Positions 32,023 through 46,659 of a stretch of DNA of 64,000 nucleotides are shown in pieces. A program made the position numbers and the translations under genes. This DNA is from Sphagnum compactum (taxonomy: Eukaryota). The stretch's first letter is position 1; every line of letters begins with the position of its first letter. A model generated the notes under the pieces. That model had not been told where the DNA came from, ran no database searches, and saw only the letters and a list, made by a program, of their open reading frames with translations. The DNA is taken from positions 12,028,001 to 12,092,000 of the forward strand of contig OZ234494.1 in assembly GCA_965153455.1 (NCBI GenBank), in the 5' to 3' direction.

Positions 32023-35000
32023 TCAGCGTCGAGAATTGCTGTGTGAGGTGAAGAAGATGTAGTCTGGGTGCTCCACATCTAATTGCTTCAGATGTACACT
32101 CGCAGAGTTTTGAAGAAGGGTGGCCTGGCGTCGTTCTACATTAGATGTCCACAGTGCCCCTCTCAGCTTGTATGAGGTAAGCCCAAAAGCTCGCAGTGCT
32201 AATCGTGAAGTCTCACGTGAACACGATGTTGGCATGTCACAAGGTTCACTGCAACTTGGCAGTTGCCTAGCCCCTTCTGTGCCAGCAAGAAACACAATGA
32301 TCAGAAAATGCAGCCAAGCAAAAAGTGACATGAGTTCCTTAACATTCTTGTCTTCTGGAAACACTTCTCACATTGATCACAGGAATAGGAGTTTCTATCA
32401 TATGACCTTCTGCACCACCAGCAGAAAGAAAGCTCAAGCAACTGCCACAAAACCATATAGTGGAAATTTAATGCTTGTAAGAAAACTATTGCTTTCACAC
32501 TTCCCATGTTTGTTTACCACAATAGTCACCAGCTGAGTTCAGTGGATAGGTTGGAACATGTGAAGCCTTGTTCATCCACACACCTGAAGTACCATTCATG
32601 GGTGTTGAAAGAGAGTGATATGTGAGGAAGCATGCTGCCAGATCACGCAATGTAGGACCTGTCGGTATTCGATAAATAGGGTACCTGAAAAATGAACCTA
32701 ATTGATCAGCAATGCTACACAATGGACAATATTGAACTGCTCTACCAAAACCAAGACCCTGGAACCTGGACAGACTATCAGATTTTGAAGCTCACAGAAC
32801 CAATCAACTGTCACATCAAGAACATTACAACTATCTGCACTACTGTTTGGTATGAATTATGCATCAAAGACACTGCCAGCAGTGCTAAAGCCCTGCCTCT
32901 GAAGCATGGAACAAATCCTAACAAAGGAAAACTTTCAGGACATGCCAGTCAGCATAAATAGTTGGTGGGGATCATATGTCTGCAAAATAAGTTGTCACAT
33001 ACCAGGCCACAGAAAGCCAACTATTGGGCAAGAGGTCCACACTCCGCAGTATCCGCAGAGGATTATACCGTGGTTCAAAGTCTCGAGACAAATCTGTAAT
33101 CTGCAAAAGAAAGTCCAGCACCAGTATCTGGTTATAGATACTGACATCTAGCAACCAAATCAACACACCTAAATGAAACAGTAGTCCACTAACAAATTCT
33201 GCATGCTGCAACCATTTACCAGGAAAAACTAGCTCTCACTTGATGCAGAGATAATGCAAAACAGATACATGACAAGAAGGGAAAATTTGATTAGTAACTC
33301 TCTTGTGCCGCATTCAATGATACAGACCAGTGGGAGTGTTGATGTGCAAATAAGCTGCTAAAACTGGAACACTATTTCTCCACAAACTGGTTAAGATTGA
33401 CAATTTCCTCTACAATCACCTCTTCACGACATGGCAAGATAAAATGCACAAACTATCATGGAAGCCCCTAAGACCAAAACTATCCATGAATGAAGATCAA
33501 AACAAATGAATCAGAGTTCTTTATTCTGACAGTATTGCAGAAATTGAACTGGGTTGACTCTCATGAACAGAGGCTGAAATTGTCACCACTGGTCATTTGA
33601 TCCCGAGAGAACAAATAGATGTTTGCATGACCCACCTTATCAACAAGAGGAACACGGCTGTAGGGCGGGCTGGTCTCAAAATAGGACCAGACTTCTACAT
33701 CTTCATCATCACCATTTACAAAAGTCGAGCATTCCAACCTCGGACCACTTCCCAAGGCACTATATGAGCTGGAACTATCAGCATCCTTGAGAACTCGCCC
33801 CTGCCACTGACTCCTTCCTGGTCCCATTGAACTCTCATTTTCACCATCACTGCTTGCATCACTGCCCTCGTCACTTTCCACACCAGGTGCCCTGCATAGC
33901 AACACAGCAACACAATAGAAAATATAGAAATTGAATTTTTCCCATTCCAGCATGGTGGTAACAAGTAAACTCTGAAACTGACCACCACCTCTAACTTTCA
34001 GAGTGTCTAAGCTCTGAAACATGACATGGAAGAGCTGATCATATAAGCCTGAGCATTCTTTCAAAAAACCCTAACCCTCTTAGTTGACAAAAAGATGAGC
34101 TGCTTGCATGCAAGCCAGGACATCTAAGCAGAACAACAAGGGAAAGGTGTGCACTTGGATGATTAGGATAGGTGTAAAAACAAGCAGTGACTTACAACAT
34201 CAACATACACATACAATCAAACAAAAACCCTAATCTCCAAAAGAATTGCAACTGCTGCAGATACCAAGGTTTTTTCTTGACCTGTAGGCAACGTGAGGCC
34301 TCCAAGTAGGAATTGTGTACAACTGCAAAGTGGACAGATATGGTTCAAGGTAAAGGTATGCACTTGGACGACTGGGGATAGGTGTTAAAAATAGCTGTCA
34401 CTTACAACATTAACATACACATACAATTGAACAGAACCCACACTCACCAAAAGAATTGCAACTGCTGCAGATACCAAGTTCTCTTTTTTTTTACCTGTAG
34501 GCTGCAACATGAGGCCTCCGAGTAGGAATTGTGTACAACTGCAGAGCGGACAGATATGGTACATAATACTGGACCACATTCTCATAACCATGTAACATGA
34601 GGGGCACACCAGCTCCATACGCGCTCCACTCATCAAAGGAGTCCCATAGATCTCCAAGACTGAAGAATGGAGTTACTTCTGGATCAAAACACCGCTTCTG
34701 AGAAGGATCCCGAAAACACGACTGCACACAAGAACAGTAGCTCTAAGCTTTCAGAATACTCTACTGTTTAGAAAAGGGACGTCAGCTTCCCTCTCTGCAA
34801 CAACAAACATCATTGCATCCCAGACTTGCTTCAGACTACAAATTCAGACACAGTTGTGAACGCTTTCCAGAATCATGCAAGCGTACCTTTCGCAGAGTCT
34901 GAGGTTTCACTCTGGGAGTTGTAACATCCAGAAAACATTCGAGATTCGAGTGCGGCAGTCTGCCTGAAGACGAAGCCGATGACAAACTAACTCGTCCTGA

Positions 35001-35282
35001 AACATCGTTTCCTCCTCCTAGTCTGTTTTCTACACCGTTTCCAGCTCTCTGACCCCCCCTCTTCCCTGCAGCAGATTCGGCTGTGTAATGCTGCTTGGAG
35101 TGTGCTCTAGGATGGTGCCATGATGTCTGAGGAGGAGGAGGAGCCACTGGTCGAGGAAACGCCTGCGATGATGATGATGATTGATGCTTCCATCCGTACT
35201 GCCGCTCCTGCTGCTGATGCTGCTGATGTAGTAGTAGCGAATCATCAGTGCTGGAAACCCTCCGCAAATCTGAACCGACCAT
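32023..35282 (-). CDS. DUF789 family plant protein, 6 exons
   Basis: Approximate exons 35282-34887, 34721-34495, 33891-33636, 33100-33003, 32684-~32530, ~32276-32023. Motifs: [98 protein letters not shown]. Confidence 0.93.
34143..34559. repeat. Diverged ~210-bp tandem duplication spanning the DUF789 exon 2/intron 2 boundary
   Basis: 34143-34343 and 34353-34559 align throughout. Confidence 0.9.
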
Positions 35283-37679
35283 AGATTCACCCTTTGCTCC
35301 TCTTTTCTCCAAGAAGACGTTCGAGGAGAAGCCTCTGACCCTCTTCTTCTCCCTTCCAAACTGCCAAATCCTTCGGATTCAAGCTCTCAAGGCAATTTCG
35401 GATATGGATCCTCTAGAGAGCTTTTCGAATTCTCAACACGCCAACAACTCCGCCCATATCCAGCTTCCAAAGAGTTGCTTGCTTGAAGTATCTGAATCAA
35501 ACCTCTCTTAGGTTCAATCGCACAAGAACAACAGACAGTGGACTCCCCTGTGAGCAGCTGCAAGTCCTACAATTGATGAAGAGCCCGTTGCAAAGAAACA
35601 AAACAACGGAATCTCACACAGACAGAATAATGCTGTGGAAGAAGTCGAATAAGTTCACGATCTCTTCTGCGTCTTCTTCCTCTGCGGTCGGATCTATTCT
35701 GCGATGCGGTTGCTACACACATACAAGTAGATCGCACTTTCCTAATTCGGCGAACAACTCCTGTAAAGCCTCCTACTGGACCAGAAGATGAAGACACGGG
35801 AAAAACAATCACTCGGAACCCTTAAGGATCTACGCAGTTGCGAGCGAGTGAGCGTTCGCACGCAGCGATTTTAGTCGGTCGCGACAACAACAGAGCGATC
35901 TTCAACCGCACGACAAGGGAATGGCAGTCTTGATCGTAACTCCTTTCAAAACTGCACCGAAGAGGAGGGAGCGGGCCTGCAGCAAATAAGAACCAAAACA
36001 GTGAACCTGGCTCTCGAGCACTACAGTGCTATCAATACACTACAAAGAAGCCACCCAAAAAGAAGAACCCCGTGGTGGCAGCCTCCTCCTCGACCAGTAG
36101 TTCGTCACAACAACTGATAGCCCAAAAAAAGCCTGAAGAATGCAACCGGCTACTCAAACTCTGCTTCCAGAAAACACGAGGCCGCAACAAAAAAACTGCA
36201 AGTGTGATCGCAAAGCACTAAGAATAAGCACCCTGGAACATACACACACACGCGCGCGCGTTTTCTCACCAAATCTCCTCAGCAAAACAGATTCAGGAAA
36301 CGGCCAGAAAATTTGCGACCCTAGAATGATTGCGCACTCTGGTCATCCTCCGGTCAGAGAACATTGACTCACAAGAGAAGCAAGAACGTTCGAGAAAACA
36401 AAGAAAGTTCAGGAAATGGCTACAAGAACAACGACAACATCTAAATTAAAAAAAAAACGTACTAGGAAAGAACCGATGATGAGAAGAACATAATACTATT
36501 CCTCAGAAAACAAGACACAGAAAAGCAATCAATCCAGAGAAGAAACGGACCCAAAAAAAAATTTAAAAAAAATCCGATCACCGAAGGGAAAAAAAAACTA
36601 CAGTTTTTAGAACTGAAACAGGAGATGTGAAGAAGGAAAACGGCAAGTACTGGCTCGCGGACAACAAAGAGAGAGATTGCGGAAAAGCTCGACTAAGTAT
36701 GAGCGCGCGCAAACGAGAGATAGAGAGAGGAAAAAAGAGATGAGAACGAAAGGCCTGGAGCGTATGTGGGTTTTGTGTCCAACGGTCCGTCGTAGTCCGT
36801 CGTGTTACCGTTACCTTCTGGTCTCTAGAAATTGTGGTTTATCCGTCGGTCCTTGACTCGCCAACTCCACGTGGAAGAACCACGCCGGGGAGAAGGGGAT
36901 GGGGCATGCTCCCCCGGAATTCTTTATTTTTTAGTTTTTGCTCCGGTATTTTATCATGCCCCTTATTTTACTATTAACTTTGAAGAACTTGTGCAAGAGA
37001 TTTTTCTACATATATCCTTTGCCCCAACATATTCATTTTTTTTTTTTTTAGTAAATTGGAACTTTGGGGGGGGGGGTGGGGGGGGGGGGGGGGGTGGGGG
37101 ACATTTTTCTAATGTAGTTATTGACATTCTAGGGTACTTATTGCATATTCTTTACACCCATTGGGTTTCCAGTATTCCCATCTTATCTAGGGTATTTATT
37201 GAAGTATGTATCAATTAGATGAGGATACGTCCTAAGTTCTGGTTTTTTTTCCCCCAAATGAGTCAATTTGATTGGCTAATCACAAAAACAAAAAACTGTA
37301 ATTATGGGAGGGAAGAAGACGCATAATAACTTGTGCATTTATTTCTAGACTTCTAGCTTTTCTTAACACTCATGCGAACAATGAAATTGAGCTCCAATGT
37401 ATATAGAAAAAGTTTCAAAAATAAATAGTCGTAAATGGAAAAGCAAGAAGGCCATGGTGTATTCAATTTTTTAAAACATTGTTCTAGAACAAATGAACAT
37501 CCATCAAACTTGTTCAACCTTATGTGATGTCAATTGCATTGACTCAATCTAATCAATTGAGTCTAACAATTCTAAATCTACATCGTTATGTGTAATGATC
37601 ATTTCATGTGTTGTTTTGTTTATGTGGATAGGTAGAAGAGTACAAGGTTGTGATGGAGCTCTAATGACGATCTATAGAG

Positions 37680-38287
37680 CTATAGTTGGTGTTGCATCAA
37701 CAATTTGTGTTCTTTCTTTGAGCTTCAAAAGCTCCTCTTGCCCTTGTAACTTGAAGTATTTTTGAGCTTCTTCCAAAAGCAAGTTATTTGTGCCCATCGT
37801 GAATAGGATTGAGTCTGGTTCTTGGCCAGTTTCAAGTCCATGCAGACCTACTAGGTCCAATTCTTAGACCCAAATCCGGATCCAAACCTAGACGTGGCCA
37901 AGAACCTGAAATCGGCCAACACTAGTTTTAACTATTTGGATGTTAATTTGCCTTGTAAAACTTTAAGGCCTTGTGCACAATGTTCTCATGATTTGCATTT
38001 ATTTCTTGGAAAGCTTTAATAGCTCCAAAATTCCCTATGATCTTGAAGAGATCATGTTGGATTATTCCCCCTTTTGTCTCCAAAGATCGTACTAATCTAT
38101 ATGCACAAAAAACTAGGTGATTTTGGTTGTATTGTTTGCAAATCCTCTCCCAAAATGTGTTGCACTTCTAACTATTGCCTCTAATCAAGTCTTGCAAGAC
38201 TTGGAGAAACGAGCATTCTTGTTCAGGGACAAAGCTCTTCCCTTTTATCTTGCTTACAATAATCTTGACAACCCTTGTTGCCACCAT
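37680..38287 (-). pseudogene. Myb/SANT-like (NAM-associated-type) ORF relic, typical of the PIF/Harbinger accessory ORF
   Basis: KGKSFVPEQE...SFLQVLQDLIRGNS*KCNTFWERICKQYN...RSLETKGGIIQHD...KALKFYK, then a C-terminal ILFTM...EEAQKYFKLQGQEELLKLK. It has stops and an internal deletion. Confidence 0.65.
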
Positions 38288-40337
38288 GAATCCTATTTTC
38301 AACACACATGAATGTACCATGAAATATCAATGAAATGTTTTGCAAATGTTGAATATCATCATTGTACCTTGATGTGTTGTGAAAGCAAAAGAGATGATTT
38401 TTCCTAGTCTTGATAGTAGTTATACTAGATGGAGGTAATAGTGGGGGTGATAATGCATGCAAAACAAAGACAATTCCATCGTGTTACGATTGGAAGGACA
38501 TTTCTCACTAACTTCGGAGGTGCTTTAAGTACCTACTTTCAACTTTTAGTTTCAGAAGTAAGGTAAAACAAACGATTAGATATTTCACTTGTTTGAAACA
38601 TGTACACATTTACTTGAGTCTATAACACATTGACATGCTAGAAGTAGCTTCAACCTTAGGATTTTTTTTAAAAAAAAGGTGATTTCCAACACATTTTATA
38701 AAGATTAGGAAGAAAGCTATAACTTATAGCCTTAGGAGTAAATAAGAGAAGGCAAATGATTTTGTACTTCATTTCTTTCATAGACTTATCATTCTATTAA
38801 GTGTATCATTCTAATTTCTTCTTGCCCAACTTTTGGTTTAGTTGCAACTTTAATGTTTTGGTAATAATATAACCTTTTTAGTTAGTTTATGGACAATGTA
38901 ATTTGAAATGTAATTATAATAATAAAATAATAACAAAAATATCATGGCATGGCTCTGGTGTATTTTATCACACCTTATGATCAAAATAGTTGCACCTAGT
39001 GGGGTTATATATATATAAATGTGTGTCTCTAGCGTGGTAGCCAAACTTGGCTAATTCCTGGCCAGTCCACCTACCTCACAAAATTGTTTTGGTGGGGGGG
39101 GGGGGGAAGGAAAAGCAAAACCTTGGTTCGACTGGGCAAACCGACCCGGGATTGAGAGACCACCCGCTGCGAGTTTCACTCCTCCGTGGCCGTCCAAAGG
39201 CCGGGTGTCAATTGGGGCCGGGTAGACGGGTTACACTTGTTGGGCACTGTACACGGGGCCAAGGAGAGGATGCCAACACAAACCGGAACTCCCCGCTCAT
39301 GACGACACCACGACTTTGAAACCAGTTCAGTGACCAAATATCTGAACCGGTTTGCCGCACGGCTCTCTGCAATATGGGCTATTGTAAGCATCCATGTGGA
39401 ACGCCAGCATTTCAGGCTAAACTAGCTTATAATAAATATCCATTAATTTAGTGTTTTTTCTTTCTTTTTCTTTTTTTGGGTGCAGAGGCACAATTGCAAT
39501 GGAATTTTCCCTACTCAAATTTTGGGGTGGCGGGGAAGAAAGGGGGGGTTATTGATTTTATTTTATTGTGTTCCCAACAAGTTCTAAATGAGTTCCAAGC
39601 ATGTCCACCAAGTTCCCAATGTGCTCAACAACATGTTCCCAACAGCACCTCACTTTGTCCCACATGCTTTGCCCAATATTCTCCTCTTGGAACCTATATA
39701 TGTTTTGGCAAAATTTTGGGACTTAATACATTTCTATGTTTGGAGTGGATACTTCTATAATATGGGAGTCTCCAAAGATTCAAAATGTATTTGTGACAGG
39801 CCAATCAAAGATGGCTCATTGCACCAGAAAAAAAAATCTGAACTCGGAAGGCACCCCCAACTAATGAATATGGATCACAGAGTACATGCCAAAACCAAGA
39901 ATGAGAAAATTTGCTTTTAATTTCACAATTTGCCATGCCACAATTTTCCAGAGTTAAGAAGCCTTTTGGCTCTTGCGAAATGGATAAGGGAAACTGACTA
40001 GGGGAATTTTCTCAATTTCCAGCACCCATGGTTGGTACCATGGTAAAAAATAAAATCCCAAAATCCATTTAAATTCTTTCCAAATATTAGAACTATCCCA
40101 AACTTAGACTAAATCAAGTTACCAACAGAAGTGTGGGTGGGTTCAAGGGTGCCGTCACGACCCAGACCATTCTACAAAAGCCACATGACCAGTCTGCAAA
40201 TCCAAATGAAAACTATTACGGAATGGAGCTTGTCGGGTAAAGGCCAATTTAGGCTCATTCCACTGTGCATTATAGAATGCGGGTTTCGAGTTTCAACCAA
40301 ATTGCACCAGTCTTTCCAGACTCTAGACTCTCTCTCA

Positions 40338-40568
40338 AGTCTCCAGAACCTTCTGGAAGATTTTTCGTATCTAAGTCCAGAGAGAATAAAAATGGCATCA
40401 TTTTTTTGGACCACAAATTTCCCAGTTTTAAGGCAATTGAAAGAAAGGCCTGAAGTTTCCAGAACCTTCTGGAAGGTTCTCATGACTAAAGTCAGAGAGA
40501 ATAATAATGGCACCATTTTTTTGGACCACAATTTTTTTCCATTTTTGAAGGCAATTGAAAGAAAGGCC
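40338..40568. repeat. ~115-bp tandem duplication, each unit with the inverted repeat TCCAGA-ACCT-TCTGGA
   Basis: 40338-40450 aligns with 40453-40568. Confidence 0.88.
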
Positions 40569-43500
40569 GAGAGCAGAGGGAACCAATCTGTTCAGCATAT
40601 GGGATATTCCCCAATTTTTAAATTTTTAAAATTTTTATTTTTATTTTTATTTTTGGGGGAAGCACAAGGGCAGACCTGACTGGACAAGCCATTGGCACCC
40701 CCAAGTCAAGCTCATTGGCAGAGGACCGACAAGGAGTTTCACCAGTTTCACTCCATTGGGTTTGAACCCGGGGTTTCCATTAAGGTCTGAAGGTCTGCTG
40801 GGGTGGCAGATTATATATGTAAATTTTTTCTTGACCACATTATTATATCACATAATCTTCCATACATAATCTTGTAATAGTGACCACAAATGTGTTTTTT
40901 GAACATGGTCTCATCATCCCCACACACAAAAAATTGAAGTCTCATCATGGCCAAAGGTTATGGCACATAATGCAATCATGTTTACAATATTGAACTATTT
41001 TCATACCTTAGTGTGGGGTAAGAAATACTGAATTATTTCCCACCAAATTGAAACATGTTGTGTAGTCATTTGGGCTTTCCTCTATGAACAAATGGCAAAA
41101 TATTTGGATAGATGTGAATGCATGATATTGTGCTTCATTGAAGGGACCTCTAAAGCTAGTCATGGGCATTCAGAAAATAAATCAAATGTATTAGGTTCTA
41201 GTTGCCCATTACCAACTAAATAGCGATTTCAACTAGACCATGATATATTACTTAACAATTATGACTTTGGTAGATTGCAAAGTGTTCCCTTTCCACATTA
41301 GATTTTTTATACTAAGGCTAAGACTCTTTTTGTTTCAATTTATGTTAACTAGGGTTTGGAACCTTGGAAATGACTTATATCATACTTCTAATTTGGATTC
41401 AATAACTAACAATAGAATCATGTGACACCACATTTTCTTAGAACTTTTTTTGTATATGTATGATATTGATATTTTTATTTCTTACATCTTGATTCTTCAT
41501 CCAAATTTCCATAATTTATAATTAAATTAATATGAATGGAGAGTAAGTTTCCTTTACCTTGATATTTGCCTCGGATTTTTTTCATTTGCTATTTCTCGAT
41601 TTGCTCACTATAGCTCTTGAAAGATGAACACTTTAGCATGTGATTGACACTATTTTAGTTTGTTATTATTTGTTTTCTTTGGGACAAATCCTAACACATG
41701 AGTGGCATTCTCATTTTTTAGTTTTTAGCTATTGGGCTTTTCAAGTTCTCATCATGGCTTTGATTAAATTAGGGGGTTTTTGTTTTTTTTTGTCTTTTCA
41801 TTTCTCTTGGTTTTGGGGTTGTAGTAATGAACAAGTTAAGGTCTTGCTAAAGTCTTGCTACGTATACAACAAGCCCATTGTAGCAAGACCTTTAGTATAA
41901 TTAGGGGTTTGCTACAATGGCATTTTGGAACTACATTGCTGAGAGTAGTTTGCACTTTAACAATAGTCATGCAAGTGTGGAAAATTTGAGTATCTTAATT
42001 ATTTTTCCTTTTGTTCTTGCGAGTTACAATAGCTTGTTGGAATGTCATTTTTATAATCATAAAAATTTGGTGGTTTTAATGTTAGTTTTCATCTCGTAAA
42101 TATTTTGACATCAAATGTTTATGTACAAACCCAATGACATACATTTGAAGACAATATGAAAAATAAAGGTGGATCTAGCATGGCATTTTCAACAAGATAT
42201 ATTTATTATTATCTTTTTTTTCTTGTCATTGAGTTATTGCTATAAATAAACTAGGATCTACCATGGCATTTTCACATAGATCTTTTTTATTTTGTTATTG
42301 TATTTTTTTTCCTTGTCATTGAGTTTTTTAATTTTTAATTTTTTTGTTAATTTACAACTTTTAAAAAATTCATTATAAAATGTGCATTTGGTTTTTTATA
42401 TCAAAAATCATTTATAACTTTGAAGAGGGATATTATAGGTTTTTCTTACATTCAATTTTGTTACTTATCTTCTTGCAAATGATTTGATTTTAACTTTGTT
42501 TATGATTGGTCATCCCAAAATTCTATTGGGGCCTTTTGTGCTTCATGTATATGAAAATGTAAGGTTTTTCCCTAATTTCAACTTTTATTATGATGTATTC
42601 AAAGAATTGCAAGTAATGAATTACAAGAGCACATTGTGTGAAAATTGCATCTTGATAGATCCCAAAGTTTAAGAAAGTCTAATACTAAGTGAAATTGGAA
42701 TGTCCATTATGCATCAAACAGATTGAAATTTGTTTAAAAATTTCAAAGTTTTGTTTACACTTAAATTACAAAAATAAGGCTAAGATGTTGCATTAAAAGT
42801 GGATGGTGTGACTAACTAAAGGGTTTTATGTATGCATTTATCATTTTTATAACATGATGTTAGCATTGTAGTTTGATTGAATTTTATAGATTATCGAAAC
42901 TATAATTATAAAACTAGTCATGATTGTCAAATTTGACAAAATTCAATGTCAAAAAAATATAAGTTGATGTGAACTATTTATAATCAAAATGACATCTAAA
43001 TAAATCATTTGCTATCTAGTTAACTTAGGGGTCCAAACGACATTTAACAAGCCAATTTGTTTACTTTGGATTTAGGAATATAGTTTTTTTTTGGGGTGCT
43101 TTTGCCAAAAACAAATCTATAAAGAGAAATTTTCAAATGAAATATTTTCAACTTTTTTATTCGTTGTATTTATAGTTGACCCAATATGTCATTTTTAAAA
43201 AAATCAATTTTGAGTAAATACGAAATTTAAAAAGTGTACATATTTTGCTAGATTTTTGGTTTTGTCTTGAAAAATTATCACAATTTCAAATCATACCAAA
43301 AACATGTTAACATTTTCAAGTTTAATTTTTTTCATTACAAGCTAGAACTTTTCTTTAATCAACATATACATTGCATCACATTTACATGTTTTAAAAGAAT
43401 CATGAACTTTAAATAAACCTTATATTGTGATGAACACAAAATTTTAAAAATATGAAAATTTGAGTACTTTTTAGCTGTGTACCTTATTACTACAAAAATT

Positions 43501-46500
43501 TGAGGATCAAAAAATTTAATCATGGAAATTAAGGGGCCCTTTATGAAAGTAAGGTTATTTAATGAAATTGTTAAACATCTTTTGCTCAAACCAAACCTTG
43601 ACATTGGAAGATTTTGTTACTCAGATTTTTCAATATTCATATTATTCTATAAGTGTAAATTTTCATCATTAACATGCCATTAAAGTGGCATCACATAGGA
43701 ATATGTAACAAGAATTGGAGAGAAGTTGACATGTTGATGAGGGTTTTGGCTCGTTTGTATTCATATGCTCCTTAGTGGAAGGTTTGCTAATGTAAAATTT
43801 CCATTTTCTAATATGGGTATGAAAAAATGAACTTGGACCACATCCAAAAATCTATGTATCATTCATGGTGTTCTAAAAACACATAGTTTCTTATTTGTGC
43901 ATGTGTGGATTCCACCATAGCCTACCATATACATACAATTAATGGATGATGATTGGAAATGTTTAATTCCAAATTTCAAGTTACAAAATCTCCACAAGTC
44001 CTCTATTGACATATGGTGATTCATGGTTCTTGTGCATATGTATTACATGTGAAGATTGTGCATGCAAATTTATCATTTGCAAAAACACACAAAAACCTAT
44101 GACATAAATTTTGTGCCATGGTTACATGCCATGACATTTCCCAATGTCAACTCCTTATTATTGTGTTCAAGGAAAAGAAGTTGGGTGTGGATTATTTTAT
44201 GATAAACTTGCCCTTAAAATGTAAAGTTAAAATAAACTAAAAATGTCAATTGCATTAGTGTAGGAGGCAATTAACAATTAGTTAAAATGAAATGAAAAAT
44301 AGTTTAAACAATTTTGTAACTTATAAAGGCATTTCCATTGTTACTCGAATAATTGTCCATGTACTTGCATTTTGGGAGCATTTCTAGAGGAGGTGGCTCA
44401 CCATGTAACAATAACATTTTGTGCCACCCCCACCCTTTCCCTATCACTTTAAGTATGCACATCATTTATCTCCGTTTGACACAACAAAATAAACCCAAAA
44501 ACCCCCACGCATCATCTTTTTCCTTTCAATGTAGTGAAATAAACCTTGTGCATGCCTAAGTGCATCTCTCATATCAATTTCACTTGTTGCGTGCTCCTTG
44601 CATCATGTTGAGCTCATTCTAGCTACAGAGCAATGGGAAAGAACCTCCCTGATTTTATGCAAGCTAAGCTTGAAGTTAATGAAAATGAACATGTGGTTTT
44701 CACTCTAATATTTTTCATTCAATTTGTGGAGAGAGGCAAACATGGAGGTGGTTAGATTGATCATAGTGCAAAGAATTTGAAAAATCAAGAACATGGCCAT
44801 GATCACATTTGGTGAGATTTCTTATGTGATGAGCCAATCTATGTTGACCAATATTTTTTGACAATGTTATAATGAGACGTAGCATAGCCTGTTTCTATGC
44901 ATTATGATATTATTGTTGCTCATCATTTTTATTTTCAATAAAAACTTGATGCTTATGGAATCTAGGGTTCATATTTGATTTTTAAATGCATATATATAAT
45001 TCTAATGTTAGCTTACATGGTGCAACTATTGATGTTGTGCTGAATACTACAAGTCAGGCAAATCAACCACAATGGAGGTGACAAAGTGGGAAAATCACTT
45101 GGGAGCGTTGGGATGTTTGAATTTTGAGACATTTAGCTAGGTTGTTTTAGCCTTGGTTACAAGTCCAAGGCTAACATTGTGACAATTTGAAATGCAATTT
45201 AAAAATATGATTAAATGATGCATTTCCCATATGAACTAGACAATCCTAGTTAGAAACGTGAAGTGTTGTTTCTTAATTTGTTTATAAGAAATTGATTGTA
45301 TTTACATGTTTATTAATGTTCATACATGGGTGAAAACACACTACATTGACACCATTTAGGGCATTTTCATGATAAATATTATAGTTTATACCTCTCCAAA
45401 TGTGGTGTATTTAATTTTGGGTTTCACTTTTGGTGTTTGTGGTTTTTTTTAAAACTTTCACAAAGCTAAAATTATATAATATTATTAGGGGAAAAAATGT
45501 TAAATTTAAAGAGCCATGGACATATTTATGGTACACACACTATAACATTTTTTTTCATTTTGTATTGCATTATTTTTTTGGTTTGAATTAATTATCCAAT
45601 AATCATTTGAAATGCATTTAATATCAAGGCCCACTCACATTTTTTGGCATCTTCCAATTGAAAATGAGTGTTTGTCAAAAAATTATTCACCATTAAATTA
45701 TGGTCAATGACTTAAAAACCCCCATTTGTTATGATAAGTATCAAACTATTCACAGTGTTCATAAACATGGTCCAATTTAATGTTTTTTTCTCATATTCTC
45801 CATGTTGCCACGTTGGTTACCTAGTGGGCTTTCTAGGCAACAATTTGGCTACATTAAGCCCAAAATTGTCAAATAAGTTAGTGATTTACAAATTAGGCGA
45901 AGAAGGTTTTGGCAAGTGCCCATTTTTTTTTGGCTTGACATTAGCGAATCAACCTCTTTTAGTTGGTGTATTAGTGAAGCAACCATTATTTTCTTGGATT
46001 CATAAATGACTTAAGATTTTATTTTTTCATACTATGAAGAATTGGCCATGTGAGGGAATTAGACCTTGACCAAATTGGTCTTGCCCACTTCAAAACATGG
46101 TAGGCCTACACAAAACAAGTAACTTCATCATCAAAATTTCAAAGACAAGTAGATTAGTTACCACATTATTTTGGCCTTATTGTAACTTGTAGTAATTATA
46201 AATCCAAGTTCCTAAAAGGGTTAGCAAAGTGACCAAGATCATGGAAACAAAAAAAATCAAGTTGGAAAGACAAACAATAGTTAATATTGGAAGGTCCATA
46301 ATCCATAATCCATCGCTCTTGAGTTTGAAACTTTCAATAGTAACTAGTGGGCACCCCATAACTTTGCCATGGATAACAACATTCAATGTGCACCGTGCAT
46401 CATTGAACAAGTGTTATCATTGATAATGGGGGTTGGCTATGGAGCAACAAGACCTAGACAACAAGCCAAGATATAAAACATTTCAAAGCCAAGGTTCACA

Positions 46501-46659
46501 ATAAGCCAAATTCAAAATCTAGATTCAATATTCATCAAATCAAAGAAAAAAAGACCATTCATAAGAAGAAAATTGGTGAGGGGCTAAGGTAGTTTTTTAA
46601 TTTAAACCTACATACCAAAGAAACTTAAAATGGAAAATAATAACACTTAAGCATCAAAT

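Noticed and set aside
40131-40679. 182-aa and 119-aa overlapping ORFs
   Set aside because: They arise over a tandem duplication and have no recognisable domain.
40745-40800. B-box-like GGGTTCAAACCC on the minus strand as a tRNA
   Set aside because: No A box or cloverleaf is present.
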